Origin: a virus
Strand: one strand, 5' to 3'
Virus record (IMG/VR): IMGVR_UViG_3300035698_009252
Coordinates: 1 to 64,000 of that record
DNA: 64,000 bases
Part shown: positions 8,475 to 17,491 of the stretch, one piece after another
Numbering within the stretch: the first letter of the stretch is position 1
Layout of the letters: every line of letters begins with the position of its first letter
The notes under the pieces: generated by a model
The model's database searches: none
What the model saw: only the letters and a program-made list of their open reading frames with translations
Told to the model about the DNA's origin: nothing
Translations under genes and position numbers: made by a program

Positions 8475-9118
8475 TAGCTCTCCACTTTCTCAAGAACGTT
8501 GTATGATTTTCCGTCGGAAAGCAACTTGTCTACACATTCAACCTGAAACTTCGGATAATCATCAGGACAACCGGCGAGACCTTCTGCCAGAAGCATTAGC
8601 CCGTATGCGTCTGCCTGGTTATCATCCCCGCATTCAACGCCATATCTCTTATACACTTCCTTGATAATCATACTCTTCTGTGCGTTGCCTTTCCCCGTTA
8701 TGAATTTCTTCAAAGTTCCGGGAGCAACGACGTAGAAGGGGAATCCGGCTTCAAAGAGGGCCATACGTGTGATAGTGCCGAGGGCGACCAATTTCAGAGC
8801 TGAGCCGATTTGTCCACGGTTGGACGGTGTGAAGTAGTCCTCAATACAAATCATCCGAGTGTTTTGTGGGATACGTTTCATCACCTCGCTACAGATATGG
8901 CGCAGGCGGGCAAGGTCGTTGGCACACGTCCTTGGCGTTGTCTTGATGGTGTCGACCGTGAGGGTGCTTCCTTCCTTGCAGCAGAAGCCGGTGGAGGACA
9001 GGGACATATCCAGGCCGACATAGTTCGGGGCGGCAACAGGAGTTCTTACGATATTCTTCACTGAACATTCAGGGCATGAGCCGTCACCAACTATTCCATG
9101 TGGACATTCTTCATTCAT
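8474..9118 (-). CDS. ruvC: RuvC-like Holliday junction resolvase
   Basis: GLDMSLSSTG, IED, LKKFITGKGNAQK, DDNQADA. Confidence 0.85.
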   Translation of the reverse strand: MNEECPHGIVGDGSCPECSVKNIVRTPVAAPNYVGLDMSLSSTGFCCKEGSTLTVDTIKTTPRTCANDLARLRHICSEVMKRIPQNTRMICIEDYFTPSNRGQIGSALKLVALGTITRMALFEAGFPFYVVAPGTLKKFITGKGNAQKSMIIKEVYKRYGVECGDDNQADAYGLMLLAEGLAGCPDDYPKFQVECVDKLLSDGKSYNVLEKVES

Positions 9119-9147
9119 AACTGGTCCTTTTTCTCATTATACCCGTT

Positions 9148-9903
9148 TTAGCCTCTTCTGCGTTGAAATCTTTTCTTCACGCCTTCATGTGCTGCCGGGC
9201 AATTGCTGTATGCCGGGCACCAGGGGCACAACCCGGAAGGGGTGTAATCCGGCGTTGTGACGGCCCGTATCTCGGCTCCCTTGGCCATGAGGTCATCAAT
9301 TGTGCACTTGGCATCGTCTGAAGTCAGCCAGACGGGTTGAACCTGATGCCGCAGCACCCAGAAGGACACCTTGACTTTACCTTTGATGGTATTGACCAGG
9401 TCACGGGCTGCCATGTTGTAGGTACGGGCCTGCCAGTTGCTAGGGAGCGTGGCCGAATCGAACGCCCGTTTCTGGGTCTTCAAATCAATGACTTCGCCCA
9501 GGTCTTCCCACACGTCAAGCCGGTCAATGATACCCCGGACGAGAGTCTTGTCCGGCAACACAACATCGAACTTCACCTCGGCACCGACACACCGATTGAT
9601 GTTGCGGAAGTAACCCCAGTCAACGGCATTATCTGCCAGTTCTCGGGCCAATTGGACAAGCGCCGGGTCAACCTTTTCTTCCTTGATGGCGAAGTCTTGA
9701 TACCAGAGGGGGTCAACCGATTCACAGTCTCCCTTCCCAAGGAATGTGTTCGTGGCCTTCTCAAACATCAAATGCACGGCGGAGCCCATATTGGTCAGGG
9801 GGTGAATCTTACCACGAAGCCCTTCCACGTATTGGGCATGGTACTTGCCTTGGCACTGGTCAAACGTGCCAATTCTGCTTGGTGATAGATGTTCCAATTC
9901 CAT
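9148..9903 (-). CDS. PD-(D/E)XK RecB/Cas4-like exonuclease
   Basis: LSPS..., GSAVH, GIIDRL, IDLKT, Q..Y and C-terminal CPWCPAYSNC. Confidence 0.85.
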   Translation of the reverse strand: MELEHLSPSRIGTFDQCQGKYHAQYVEGLRGKIHPLTNMGSAVHLMFEKATNTFLGKGDCESVDPLWYQDFAIKEEKVDPALVQLARELADNAVDWGYFRNINRCVGAEVKFDVVLPDKTLVRGIIDRLDVWEDLGEVIDLKTQKRAFDSATLPSNWQARTYNMAARDLVNTIKGKVKVSFWVLRHQVQPVWLTSDDAKCTIDDLMAKGAEIRAVTTPDYTPSGLCPWCPAYSNCPAAHEGVKKRFQRRRG

Positions 9904-9922
9904 TATTTGAAATCCTTGAGAG

Positions 9923-10363
9923 CTATGCCACTCTCCTTTGCGTCCGCTTGCTGTACCGTTTCTTCTTCGGTACGGGTTCCTCGTTCCACAGAAATACTGC
10001 TCCTCCCATCCGGGTCCGGGCGGGCGGGTCCGGCGGGTACTCTTTCTCCACGTAAGGGCGAACCTTCACCCTCAATGCCCAAGCAAGGTTCCGGCCCGAC
10101 CCTTGGTAGCACAGGCCCTCAAGATTCATCCGGTGCATCACCCAGATGATGTCCTTGGTGGACCACTTCGGGAAATCCTTTTCAAGAAGGAAGAGAACCG
10201 AATGAGGATGAGACAAGCAATAGCCTATCCCCGCGTTGTAATTCTCAATCTCCTTCTGGATGCGCTTCCGTATCGCAGGTAAGAGAGCTGTCTCTCGTGT
10301 CTGCCTCGACCGGCTCTTGCCCGTCTTCCCGCAATTTCTCTTTGTACGTGTGTAGCAGTTCAC
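9923..10363 (-). CDS. Hypothetical protein (start uncertain)
   Basis: Fills the gap 9923-10245 but overlaps the upstream gene by about 120 nt. Confidence 0.4.
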   Translation of the reverse strand: MNCYTRTKRNCGKTGKSRSRQTRETALLPAIRKRIQKEIENYNAGIGYCLSHPHSVLFLLEKDFPKWSTKDIIWVMHRMNLEGLCYQGSGRNLAWALRVKVRPYVEKEYPPDPPARTRMGGAVFLWNEEPVPKKKRYSKRTQRRVA

Positions 10364-11168
10364 GTATCCGTTCCTTTGCTTCCGGCAGCTCTATGCCAAC
10401 CTCTTTTAATTTCTTCGTACTGAGCGTCACATTGGAACGCCCGGCCTTGATAATACCCCGCTCCTTCAAGCTCTCAACTGACGAAATCCTAAACATGTGG
10501 TTCATGTCCACAATCTCCATGTACATCTCCATAATTTCCACGGGAGATACTGCTCCAGGGTTCACGATATTGTATACACCACGAGCATTCAGAGAAATAA
10601 GCCTTTGCATGGCCGGAAGTATATCCTCGATAACCGACACCGAGTTGGGAGCGTCCAGAACGTCCGTGTACCCGGCCAGCTTGGTGATGAGGTTTCTCGG
10701 ATGGGGCGTTCCGCTCACCGGCATCCTCAACCGGAGAATCAAACACCCTTCCGGGGGCAAACGGTATTCCCCTTCCTTCTTCGTCCATGAGTAATAGGAC
10801 GGAGGCTTGGGAGGTGTGTCCTCGGTAACATCGGTGCCCCATTCCCACAAGCATCCACTTGAGAGGTGGACAAAGCTCATGGGGCGATGAATCTTACGGC
10901 TAACCCCTTCCACCATGTGATAGAGGACAACCGGACCGAACGTGTTAACATACTTCGTCAACCGCTTGTTGTCTTCGGACAGCTCGCACCAATCGATATT
11001 GGGCTTGCCGCATTTGCCCGCAGCGTTAATGACGACATCGGGTTGCAAAGTGAGTAATTCCCCACTCACAGCTTCGCAATCAAGGATATCCATAGAGGAC
11101 ATCTGAAAGCCGAAAGCTTCTGCAATCTGATTGCCTAACCAACCATTGCCAAAAACGAGTCCCGTCAT
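10245..11168 (-). CDS. NDP-4-keto-6-deoxyglucose 3,5-epimerase/4-reductase (NRS/ER, RmlD-like SDR)
   Basis: GNGWLG Rossmann motif, NAAGKCGKPNIDWCE, SSGC, YSWTK (YxxxK), LRLRMP...PRNLITKL. Confidence 0.85.
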   Translation of the reverse strand: MTGLVFGNGWLGNQIAEAFGFQMSSMDILDCEAVSGELLTLQPDVVINAAGKCGKPNIDWCELSEDNKRLTKYVNTFGPVVLYHMVEGVSRKIHRPMSFVHLSSGCLWEWGTDVTEDTPPKPPSYYSWTKKEGEYRLPPEGCLILRLRMPVSGTPHPRNLITKLAGYTDVLDAPNSVSVIEDILPAMQRLISLNARGVYNIVNPGAVSPVEIMEMYMEIVDMNHMFRISSVESLKERGIIKAGRSNVTLSTKKLKEVGIELPEAKERIRELLHTYKEKLREDGQEPVEADTRDSSLTCDTEAHPEGD

Positions 11169-11467
11169 ACCAACGGCCCATCCGGGTCATCGTCTTCACT
11201 AGCAACCGTCTCTTCGACGCCGCCACTGATTTCGAGGATGTTCTCCGCCTGGCTCAGTTCTTTCGTGGCAATGCCCTTGAACTCGTCAATGAGTTCCCCC
11301 AGGCCACTTACTTTGCAATCGAACTTTTCCTGGCACTGACTCCCCACCTCATCGCGACGCTTCTTCGCGCTTGTCAGCTCACCCTCAATCCGGCTTCCCT
11401 CCGCCGCCATCTGCTGCGCCTTTGTCCGGGCTGTGTTTAGCCTTTCCATTTGCTGTTCCACCTGCAT
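11165..11467 (-). CDS. Small coiled-coil protein (possible split-SbcC accessory)
   Basis: MQVEQQMERL..., heptad-rich, 100 aa. Confidence 0.55.
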   Translation of the reverse strand: MQVEQQMERLNTARTKAQQMAAEGSRIEGELTSAKKRRDEVGSQCQEKFDCKVSGLGELIDEFKGIATKELSQAENILEISGGVEETVASEDDDPDGPLV

Positions 11468-11912
11468 GTTTCTTTTTCCCTTTCTTTGGATATTCCCCAA
11501 ATCGTGTATCGGCCAACATTTCCCGAAGAAGGCCACCATCCAGACTTCTCAACTCTCCTGAACTCCCAAACCGGCAAGACTCTTCCTTGCAGGGGCATTC
11601 GTCCATGAACAATCCGAAATCGGATTGTTTGAAGCCCGGCCCCTCCTTGATGAACTGTACACCCGGACACTTGGATGCCTGGTTGGAACACCTCAACACC
11701 AGGAACGGGACGTAATCCGTTGTCTCGTCATCCGTGGAAGAGTACGAAAACGGGCCAACCTTGCCCTTGGGCACGCGCCAGATGGTGCCCTCCTTGTCCT
11801 TGACAAGAAGTGTTCCCTTCTCATCCCCCGCACCTTCCCCAAGGAACTCCCCCTCTACTTTCTGTCCCTCTATGAGGAACCGCATTTGATGTCCAATGAA
11901 TTTTCTCATCAT
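11385..11912 (-). CDS. Hypothetical protein
   Basis: 175 aa, Cys-containing C-terminal half. Confidence 0.55.
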   Translation of the reverse strand: MMRKFIGHQMRFLIEGQKVEGEFLGEGAGDEKGTLLVKDKEGTIWRVPKGKVGPFSYSSTDDETTDYVPFLVLRCSNQASKCPGVQFIKEGPGFKQSDFGLFMDECPCKEESCRFGSSGELRSLDGGLLREMLADTRFGEYPKKGKKKHAGGTANGKAKHSPDKGAADGGGGKPD

Positions 11913-13231
11913 GTCTCCTTGGTAACGGGTGTTCTAACGCCTTTCAGGCAATCCGCCGACACGGGATGAGCCGGGTTCAGTGGACACACCTTGATATCCC
12001 TCAACAATCGGTCTTGCTCGACAAGCACCTTGGTCAATTCCTCCCGTTTCTCCTCTCCCCGACGGCCCAATTCCCTAACGTCGTCATCATGCGTTGTCCA
12101 CAATGTCATCGTTATCTGGGCCAACTTTATATTCTCAATCGCCTGCTCCGCCGCTTCAAGGTGTTTGGACACCTTAGATGCTTTGACGACTTTTTGCAAC
12201 CGGAGTTGTTTGTCGTCGATATCGGTCTGACATTTTATCGCCTCATTCAGAACCGCTTCCGCCTCATTCGCCCGGTCAATAGCTTCTTGGGCTTTGCTTA
12301 GATGGCTTGTCGCCTTGACATGGTCAGGGACCTGGGACATGGCTTTTGTGAGCCGGACAACCTCTTGCTCGGCAGATACGGCACTTGTCCGCATCTCCTC
12401 TGCTGTGGTTTTCACATCAAGGGCCTCTCGAACGTTGTCGAGGTGTTGCTCTGCCAGCTTTGTGTTGGGGATGGCCAATAACTGCCGTTGCAAGGCCCCT
12501 ATTTGCCCCTCAAGGGCCGTTCCCTCGGTAAGCATGGCCTCCGCATTGACGGTAGCGTCAAGGGCCTCCTGGTGGCTTGTGAGGTGTTTTTCGGCCTCTC
12601 CCAATACTTGGCCTTCGGCTTCTAGCTCTTGTTTGTCGTGGAGATGGGTTTTTAGGTCCTCCATCTGTTTCTCGGACTGCTTGATTTCGCGCCCGGAGCG
12701 GTGGTTGTCAAGGCTCACGGCCTTGATAATGCCCTCAATACCGGAAAGCCCGGAGATTTCATCGATGATTTGTGCTCGAATGGAGCCACTTGCTTTTTTG
12801 TCCCCGATGCCCGCCAGCATGAAATGGGATTCGAGCTGGTCCATGATATTGACGGGGACTTTCGCGTCACCAAGCGTCACCACACCCATACCGAGAATTT
12901 CGATTGCCTGGGGAGGAGCCGCGACTTGACCAATCTTATCCAGATGGAGGGTGTTGCCGCCCTTGGGAGTGATTTCCCATAAGTTGTCATTCGGCCCACG
13001 GGTAACTTGAACGGAACCCTTATCGGTTTCTACGAGCACCTTGCAGAACTTGGCACCGACGCGAACCGACTTCGGGTCGAAATCGTTATAGGCAGGCAGC
13101 TTGAGGGCTCGCACGATGCTGGTCTTGCCCGCATTGGACAAGCCGAAGATGACGTTCAGCCCGGCGGACAGGTTCTCAATGCGGGTATGCTCGTGTGCCT
13201 CGAAGTTCCAGATTTCAATTGCTTGCAACAT
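11909..13231 (-). CDS. sbcC: SbcC/Rad50-like ATPase, N-terminal half only
   Basis: NFEAH...GLNVIFGLSNAGKTS (Walker A), coiled coil, ends at CPLN...C. No signature or Walker B motif. Confidence 0.8.
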   Translation of the reverse strand: MLQAIEIWNFEAHEHTRIENLSAGLNVIFGLSNAGKTSIVRALKLPAYNDFDPKSVRVGAKFCKVLVETDKGSVQVTRGPNDNLWEITPKGGNTLHLDKIGQVAAPPQAIEILGMGVVTLGDAKVPVNIMDQLESHFMLAGIGDKKASGSIRAQIIDEISGLSGIEGIIKAVSLDNHRSGREIKQSEKQMEDLKTHLHDKQELEAEGQVLGEAEKHLTSHQEALDATVNAEAMLTEGTALEGQIGALQRQLLAIPNTKLAEQHLDNVREALDVKTTAEEMRTSAVSAEQEVVRLTKAMSQVPDHVKATSHLSKAQEAIDRANEAEAVLNEAIKCQTDIDDKQLRLQKVVKASKVSKHLEAAEQAIENIKLAQITMTLWTTHDDDVRELGRRGEEKREELTKVLVEQDRLLRDIKVCPLNPAHPVSADCLKGVRTPVTKET

Positions 13232-13288
13232 ACAAAAGCCTCCACCGTCATTATACACGGGTGAAGGCCCTTGGTGTCCCTTTTTCTG

Positions 13289-13957
13289 TTACCACACCTC
13301 TTTTCCCCACAATGTTCCGCAATCCTTGCACTCGTGAGCACGGCGCATATTCGCACTCGCCTTCTTGATATTAGTTCCTCCGCATTGGGGATTCGGGCAT
13401 TTGTCCCCCGGCTTGTTGTCAATGCCCCATACGCGGGGCATCAACACAATCAAAGTGTCCACGAAATCCATAATCCGCTTGATGGACGCACCTGTCTTGA
13501 GCCGGATAGCCTTAACCATATCAGTCTTGTCGCCATCCCGGAATCTCACCCTCAAGACAACGTCCCAGTCCTCAAAGGGTGTTACCTTCAAAGAATCCAA
13601 GGCGTCTTCTGTAATGTCGGTGGGATTGAGCCTGCCCTGGTCCTTGAGTTTCTTCGCCGTGGGGCAGCGGTCAAAAATGCTGACCTTCTTGCGGTCCCAC
13701 GGTGCCCCCGACTGGCTTGGGTCATCTTTGGAGCCATCCGGGAATGGCACCTTGAAGTCCCTGTCATCAATATATGGCCGGACAGAAGGTGTCCAATCGT
13801 TATCGTAAATCCATTTTTCCAACTCCTCGACAGCCACCGCAAGGCAGCAAGCGACAACATGGTCCTCCATATCCGGTTCGCCAACCATGACATCCTCGGC
13901 CAACTTGTTCAGCCGGTCACGCATGGCAAGCGCCTTGTCTTTGCCGTCCTGACTCAT
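13289..13957 (-). CDS. Hypothetical protein with C-terminal zinc ribbon
   Basis: CPNPQC...CKDC at the C-terminus. Confidence 0.6.
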   Translation of the reverse strand: MSQDGKDKALAMRDRLNKLAEDVMVGEPDMEDHVVACCLAVAVEELEKWIYDNDWTPSVRPYIDDRDFKVPFPDGSKDDPSQSGAPWDRKKVSIFDRCPTAKKLKDQGRLNPTDITEDALDSLKVTPFEDWDVVLRVRFRDGDKTDMVKAIRLKTGASIKRIMDFVDTLIVLMPRVWGIDNKPGDKCPNPQCGGTNIKKASANMRRAHECKDCGTLWGKEVW

Positions 13958-14529
13958 AGCTTCTTCAGCCCTTCTGCTCGTTTGGCATCCTCGGTAGGGG
14001 AGATGGAGGACATGCGCTCCACAAAGCACTCCCTGGGGTCGCCAAAGCGGTCATAGACCAAGAGGACACCCTTTTCTCCGGTTGTCAGGGCAACGTACTC
14101 AACCCCCACGTCAAAGTATTCGTCGATGCCGACCACATCCTTGAAAACCACGTAACGCTCGCGACGGGCTTCCTTAACAAGCCGTATCATCTCCATCGGG
14201 GACACTTTTATGTCCGGTGGCATCTCCAAGAAAGGTGCTACCTTCTCGGGGACATCGTTGATGGGGATTTCGGCAAAGCCCTTCTTGCGGATTTTGGTCT
14301 TGGCCAAGGTGCGGCAACGCTCCGTGGCGGCACCCTCCGTCTCGAAAGGCCCGTCCTTGCTGGTCGTACGCAGTTTGCCCTCGGGCGAAACGTACTTCCC
14401 GAGAACAAAGTATTTCGGGCCATGTTGAACACAGGCAAGGTAGAACTCGACAGGTTTACCGGTTGAGGGTCGGTTGGCGGCGGCGTCGTTCTCTCCCACG
14501 ACGGTCTGGCTTGTCAATACGATGTTCAT
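13954..14529 (-). CDS. Hypothetical protein, WGR-like N-terminal region
   Basis: FETEGAA...KIRKKGF resembles the WGR C-terminal helix. Confidence 0.5.
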   Translation of the reverse strand: MNIVLTSQTVVGENDAAANRPSTGKPVEFYLACVQHGPKYFVLGKYVSPEGKLRTTSKDGPFETEGAATERCRTLAKTKIRKKGFAEIPINDVPEKVAPFLEMPPDIKVSPMEMIRLVKEARRERYVVFKDVVGIDEYFDVGVEYVALTTGEKGVLLVYDRFGDPRECFVERMSSISPTEDAKRAEGLKKL

Positions 14530-14542
14530 AGGTCTCTGGCAT

Positions 14543-14749
14543 CTACACCCGCACTAAATCCTGCACGTTCCAGAACTGGCATCCGTGCAAGTCACGCTCA
14601 AGCATCATAGCCCCAGGTCCTATGCTCGGGCACCGATTCCGTACTTTGGCCGTTCGGTTGTCTTCACGCCCTTCAGGGCATGTCTGGGTGCGCCTTGCGG
14701 CGGCACTGAGCTTCACCGTGTCCCCGTACATGAATCCACGCTTCTTCAT
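14543..14749 (-). CDS. Small hypothetical protein
   Basis: MKKRGFMYGD..., ATGA overlap with the upstream gene. Confidence 0.5.
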   Translation of the reverse strand: MKKRGFMYGDTVKLSAAARRTQTCPEGREDNRTAKVRNRCPSIGPGAMMLERDLHGCQFWNVQDLVRV

Positions 14750-15033
14750 ACCAATTTCTCCGGCTTTTCTTTTCCGTATGACTGTTCTGTCCGCCACACT
14801 CCCCGTTCGGGAGTGATGCCTTCCATTGCATTACCCCAACAGTCTTTGTGCCAGTAAATCTTTACTTCGTGAGCCGTAACAGCGGTGATATCCGGTCTAT
14901 CAGTGAGTCCCTTCTTCCGGCGATACGCTTCGTTCGCCAAATCTACGGCATCCCGAACTGAATGCGCGGCCACGTAAAGGTGTCCACCCCTGCAATCCCA
15001 ATCCCGGCCATTCCATAGCTTGAGCTTCTTCAT
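14746..15033 (-). CDS. Hypothetical protein
   Basis: 95 aa, translationally coupled. Confidence 0.55.
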   Translation of the reverse strand: MKKLKLWNGRDWDCRGGHLYVAAHSVRDAVDLANEAYRRKKGLTDRPDITAVTAHEVKIYWHKDCWGNAMEGITPERGVWRTEQSYGKEKPEKLV

Positions 15034-15632
15034 GCTACCGCCAGTTCCATCTGTTCGGGTTTCGGTTCGGGCTTCGGGATGCGGAACAAGCCCTTGGGGC
15101 CTTTGCCGTACTTACCACTGAAGAACTCTCGCAGGAGGTTCCACAGGGCGGTCTTCTGGCTCATCGGGATATAGTTGAGCCGGTTGCGGTAGCGGCGACC
15201 GGGAATCTTGCGCCATGCGGCAATAAAGGCTTCTTTGTCGCCACGGCGGAAGGGCGTCTTCACCTTGAAATACACACCCTCAACCTCAATGGTGATGTTG
15301 GTTTCGCGCTGCGCTGCCTTCTTGAATCGGCGACGAATCTTGTCGGCCAAGGTGGTCAGGCCCATACCTTCGATGGTCTTGGCGCACTCCATGACCTTTT
15401 CAATTCGGCCTTCCTGGGCCGCAATTGCCGCGTCATAGACATACTCGTTGGCAACCTTGCGGGTGCCTTCGTCAATGCCACCCGTGGTGTCCACGTCAAC
15501 GTGCTTCACGCACTCGGGACCAATGCCCATCTCAACCGAGCGGGCATCCACAAGGGCTTTTCCGCAGCAAACGCAATGGGTTGCAAGCATCTTCGTTGCC
15601 GGGGCTGCTAAGTAACTGTCACTCATCCTCAT
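15030..15632 (-). CDS. DUF6011-like zinc-finger protein with HARP-like C-terminus
   Basis: CVCCGKALVDARSVEMGIGPEC; FIAAWRKIPGRRY. Confidence 0.65.
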   Translation of the reverse strand: MRMSDSYLAAPATKMLATHCVCCGKALVDARSVEMGIGPECVKHVDVDTTGGIDEGTRKVANEYVYDAAIAAQEGRIEKVMECAKTIEGMGLTTLADKIRRRFKKAAQRETNITIEVEGVYFKVKTPFRRGDKEAFIAAWRKIPGRRYRNRLNYIPMSQKTALWNLLREFFSGKYGKGPKGLFRIPKPEPKPEQMELAVA

Positions 15633-15650
15633 CTCCTTTTGTTGCTCTCT

Positions 15651-15684
15651 ACCCTTTCATTGCGAAAGGAGCCGTGGATTCTGA
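15651..15684 (-). promoter_or_regulatory. Repeated promoter-like motif CAGAATC-N12-CGCAATG (copy 1)
   Basis: TCAGAATCCACGGCTCCTTTCGCAATGAAAGGGT, intergenic, just upstream of an RBS. Confidence 0.7.
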
Positions 15685-15694
15685 GAGAAAATCG

Positions 15695-15952
15695 TTACTT
15701 CGTAGGAAAATCATACATCGGGTCATTCTCATACCCCATTGGGTCAACCCGGAACACCTCAAAGTCCACCCTTGTCGCGGGTCGACAATCAGTTCCGTCC
15801 GTTCGAAGGGGATAGGGGCCATCTTTCCACCCGTGAGACGCACCCCGAATCACCGAGCTGGCCAAAATACCCGCCGTGTATGGTGCCGTCGAAGGGCCTA
15901 CATAACCCAGCATGTTCTCATTAATCACAATAAACTTGGTTTTCATCGCCAT
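15695..15952 (-). CDS. Hypothetical protein
   Basis: 85 aa. Confidence 0.55.
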   Translation of the reverse strand: MAMKTKFIVINENMLGYVGPSTAPYTAGILASSVIRGASHGWKDGPYPLRTDGTDCRPATRVDFEVFRVDPMGYENDPMYDFPTK

Positions 15953-16125
15953 TACTCCACGGTTATCGTTATCTTGATGTCCCTCGTAATCACAACGTCG
16001 AGGCTGTAGGTGTCTCCGTCAGCATGGTCCCACCAGTCACCGCCAGCCAGCCCCTGAATCGTGTAAATATCATCAAGAGCAACTACCTGACCCTCTTTGT
16101 ATTTGTACGTCTCCTTCTTGGTCAT
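15952..16125 (-). CDS. Small hypothetical protein (below ORF-track cutoff)
   Basis: MTKKETYKYKEGQVVALDDIYTIQGLAGGDWWDH...TVE*, 57 aa, GGAGG RBS. Confidence 0.6.
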   Translation of the reverse strand: MTKKETYKYKEGQVVALDDIYTIQGLAGGDWWDHADGDTYSLDVVITRDIKITITVE

Positions 16126-16157
16126 CCGTGTTCCTCCGTTCCGTTGTGTTGCTCTCT

Positions 16158-16191
16158 ATCCTTTCATTGCGCAAAGGGCTTGGGATTCTGA
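16158..16191 (-). promoter_or_regulatory. Repeated promoter-like motif (copy 2)
   Basis: TCAGAATCCCAAGCCCTTTGCGCAATGAAAGGAT. Confidence 0.7.
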
Positions 16192-16192
16192 G

Positions 16193-16232
16193 AAAAGCAG
16201 AGCCACTCGGGGTTTTAATTCCGAGTGGCCCT
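16193..16232 (-). terminator. Rho-independent terminator
   Basis: GCCACTCGG...CCGAGTGGC stem followed by CTGCTTTT on the minus strand. Confidence 0.6.
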
Positions 16233-16253
16233 AGCAGGAGGATGTCGCGCACC

Positions 16254-16961
16254 TCACGCGGCGAGCGTTTCGTTGATAATCTCTACCAAATCTGGGTATT
16301 TTACCCGAATCTTGTCGGCAAGTTTTTGGCTATACGGTGTCTTCACAATCCAGTAGCGGCCAGGGGCATCCCCTTCAAGCCGGTACAGGGTCTTGGTCTT
16401 GCACTGGCGCTTTAGGTAGGACAATTCCCTCTTTTTGCGGAGCCGTTCAACCTCGTCGTCGTCCACAAACTTCGTGTTCAGGATGCGCACCAGCTTGTCG
16501 CCGTACTTGGCCTCCAATTCGGCCTTGATTTCGGGGGTATACGGATGATTCATGGCGTATTCGTGCTCGTCGCCGTTTTCGAGGACGATAAAACCGGTTT
16601 TGCCCTTCAGGCGCTTTTCACGCTCCACGGCGTCACACAGGTCACAAACGACCCATCCGGCGTCCTTGCGGAGCGTTTTGCCGTGAAAATCTTCGGTTAT
16701 GGCATTGGCGTGTTCGACGAGCAGCTTTTCCTCGGGGGTGCCCTTGTACGTCCATGGCACTTCCTTGTGGTCCCTCGTGATAAGGATGTTGATTTCAACG
16801 GTTGAGCCGGTTGAGCTACGGTCGGCCCATGTGAAGTGAACTTCGCCGCCATTGCCATCATCAAGGACTCGGGCAACTTTCTTACCGTCACGGTAGAGGG
16901 AACATTCTGTGCCCACCCCTTCCATGCCGTCCCAACGCTTTATTCCCTTTACTGTCCACAT
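16254..16961 (-). CDS. Hypothetical protein
   Basis: MWTVKGIK..., GGAGG RBS, internally duplicated PY(T/S)...KY(G/P)D.V.I(L/I)N segment. Confidence 0.65.
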   Translation of the reverse strand: MWTVKGIKRWDGMEGVGTECSLYRDGKKVARVLDDGNGGEVHFTWADRSSTGSTVEINILITRDHKEVPWTYKGTPEEKLLVEHANAITEDFHGKTLRKDAGWVVCDLCDAVEREKRLKGKTGFIVLENGDEHEYAMNHPYTPEIKAELEAKYGDKLVRILNTKFVDDDEVERLRKKRELSYLKRQCKTKTLYRLEGDAPGRYWIVKTPYSQKLADKIRVKYPDLVEIINETLAA

Positions 16962-16985
16962 ATTCTTTCCTCCATTGTTACTCAC

Positions 16986-17019
16986 ACCCATTCATTGCGG
17001 ATAGGGGCAAGGATTCTGA
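16986..17019 (-). promoter_or_regulatory. Repeated promoter-like motif (copy 3)
   Basis: TCAGAATCCTTGCCCCTATCCGCAATGAATGGGT. Confidence 0.7.
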
Positions 17020-17026
17020 AAATTCT

Positions 17027-17449
17027 TCAGCGATGGGGCGTTTTCCACGGACGCAAACCGTTGAATGCATCAATGACTACCTGACACTGCTCCTCGTCCA
17101 GCCGGGCAATGTGGGCATCTTTCTCGAAGAGTTCTGGTGGGATTCCAAGGATATCGGCCAATTTACGGTAAGCTTCCGTCCGGCTCATCCTCCGGGACTT
17201 CCAGGCCCAGTCAAATGCTTTATGGGCTTTCCTTCGGGCCAAGCGCAAGTCCGACCCCGCCATTGTGCCCAGGGGCAAGTCGGTTCTTGGGTGACAGCCG
17301 ACATAAGTATCGCAAGCCGGATAGCCGGGGCAAACATAGACCCAGTCATTCGATGATTTGCGAGTCCATCTCTTAAGAGCCCAACGGCGTTGCTTCTTTG
17401 CAAACTTGCCACACTCCGGGCATACGAGAATGTTCTGGAAAGGATTCAT
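17027..17449 (-). CDS. DUF3268-like zinc-finger protein
   Basis: CPEC...C...CDTYVGCH...PLGT.A...LR.AR..AH.AFD..W...R.EAY..LA. Confidence 0.8.
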   Translation of the reverse strand: MNPFQNILVCPECGKFAKKQRRWALKRWTRKSSNDWVYVCPGYPACDTYVGCHPRTDLPLGTMAGSDLRLARRKAHKAFDWAWKSRRMSRTEAYRKLADILGIPPELFEKDAHIARLDEEQCQVVIDAFNGLRPWKTPHR

Positions 17450-17459
17450 GTCGTCTTAC

Positions 17460-17486
17460 CATTGCGCAAATCTCTTTCGATTCTGG
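17460..17486 (-). promoter_or_regulatory. Repeated promoter-like motif (copy 4)
   Basis: CCAGAATCGAAAGAGATTTGCGCAATG. Confidence 0.6.
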
Positions 17487-17491
17487 ATTTC

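Noticed and set aside
9923-10363. Frameshift fusion between NRS/ER and the overlapping downstream ORF
   Set aside because: The overlap is real, but no convincing slippery site or stimulator is visible. The start is left as uncertain.
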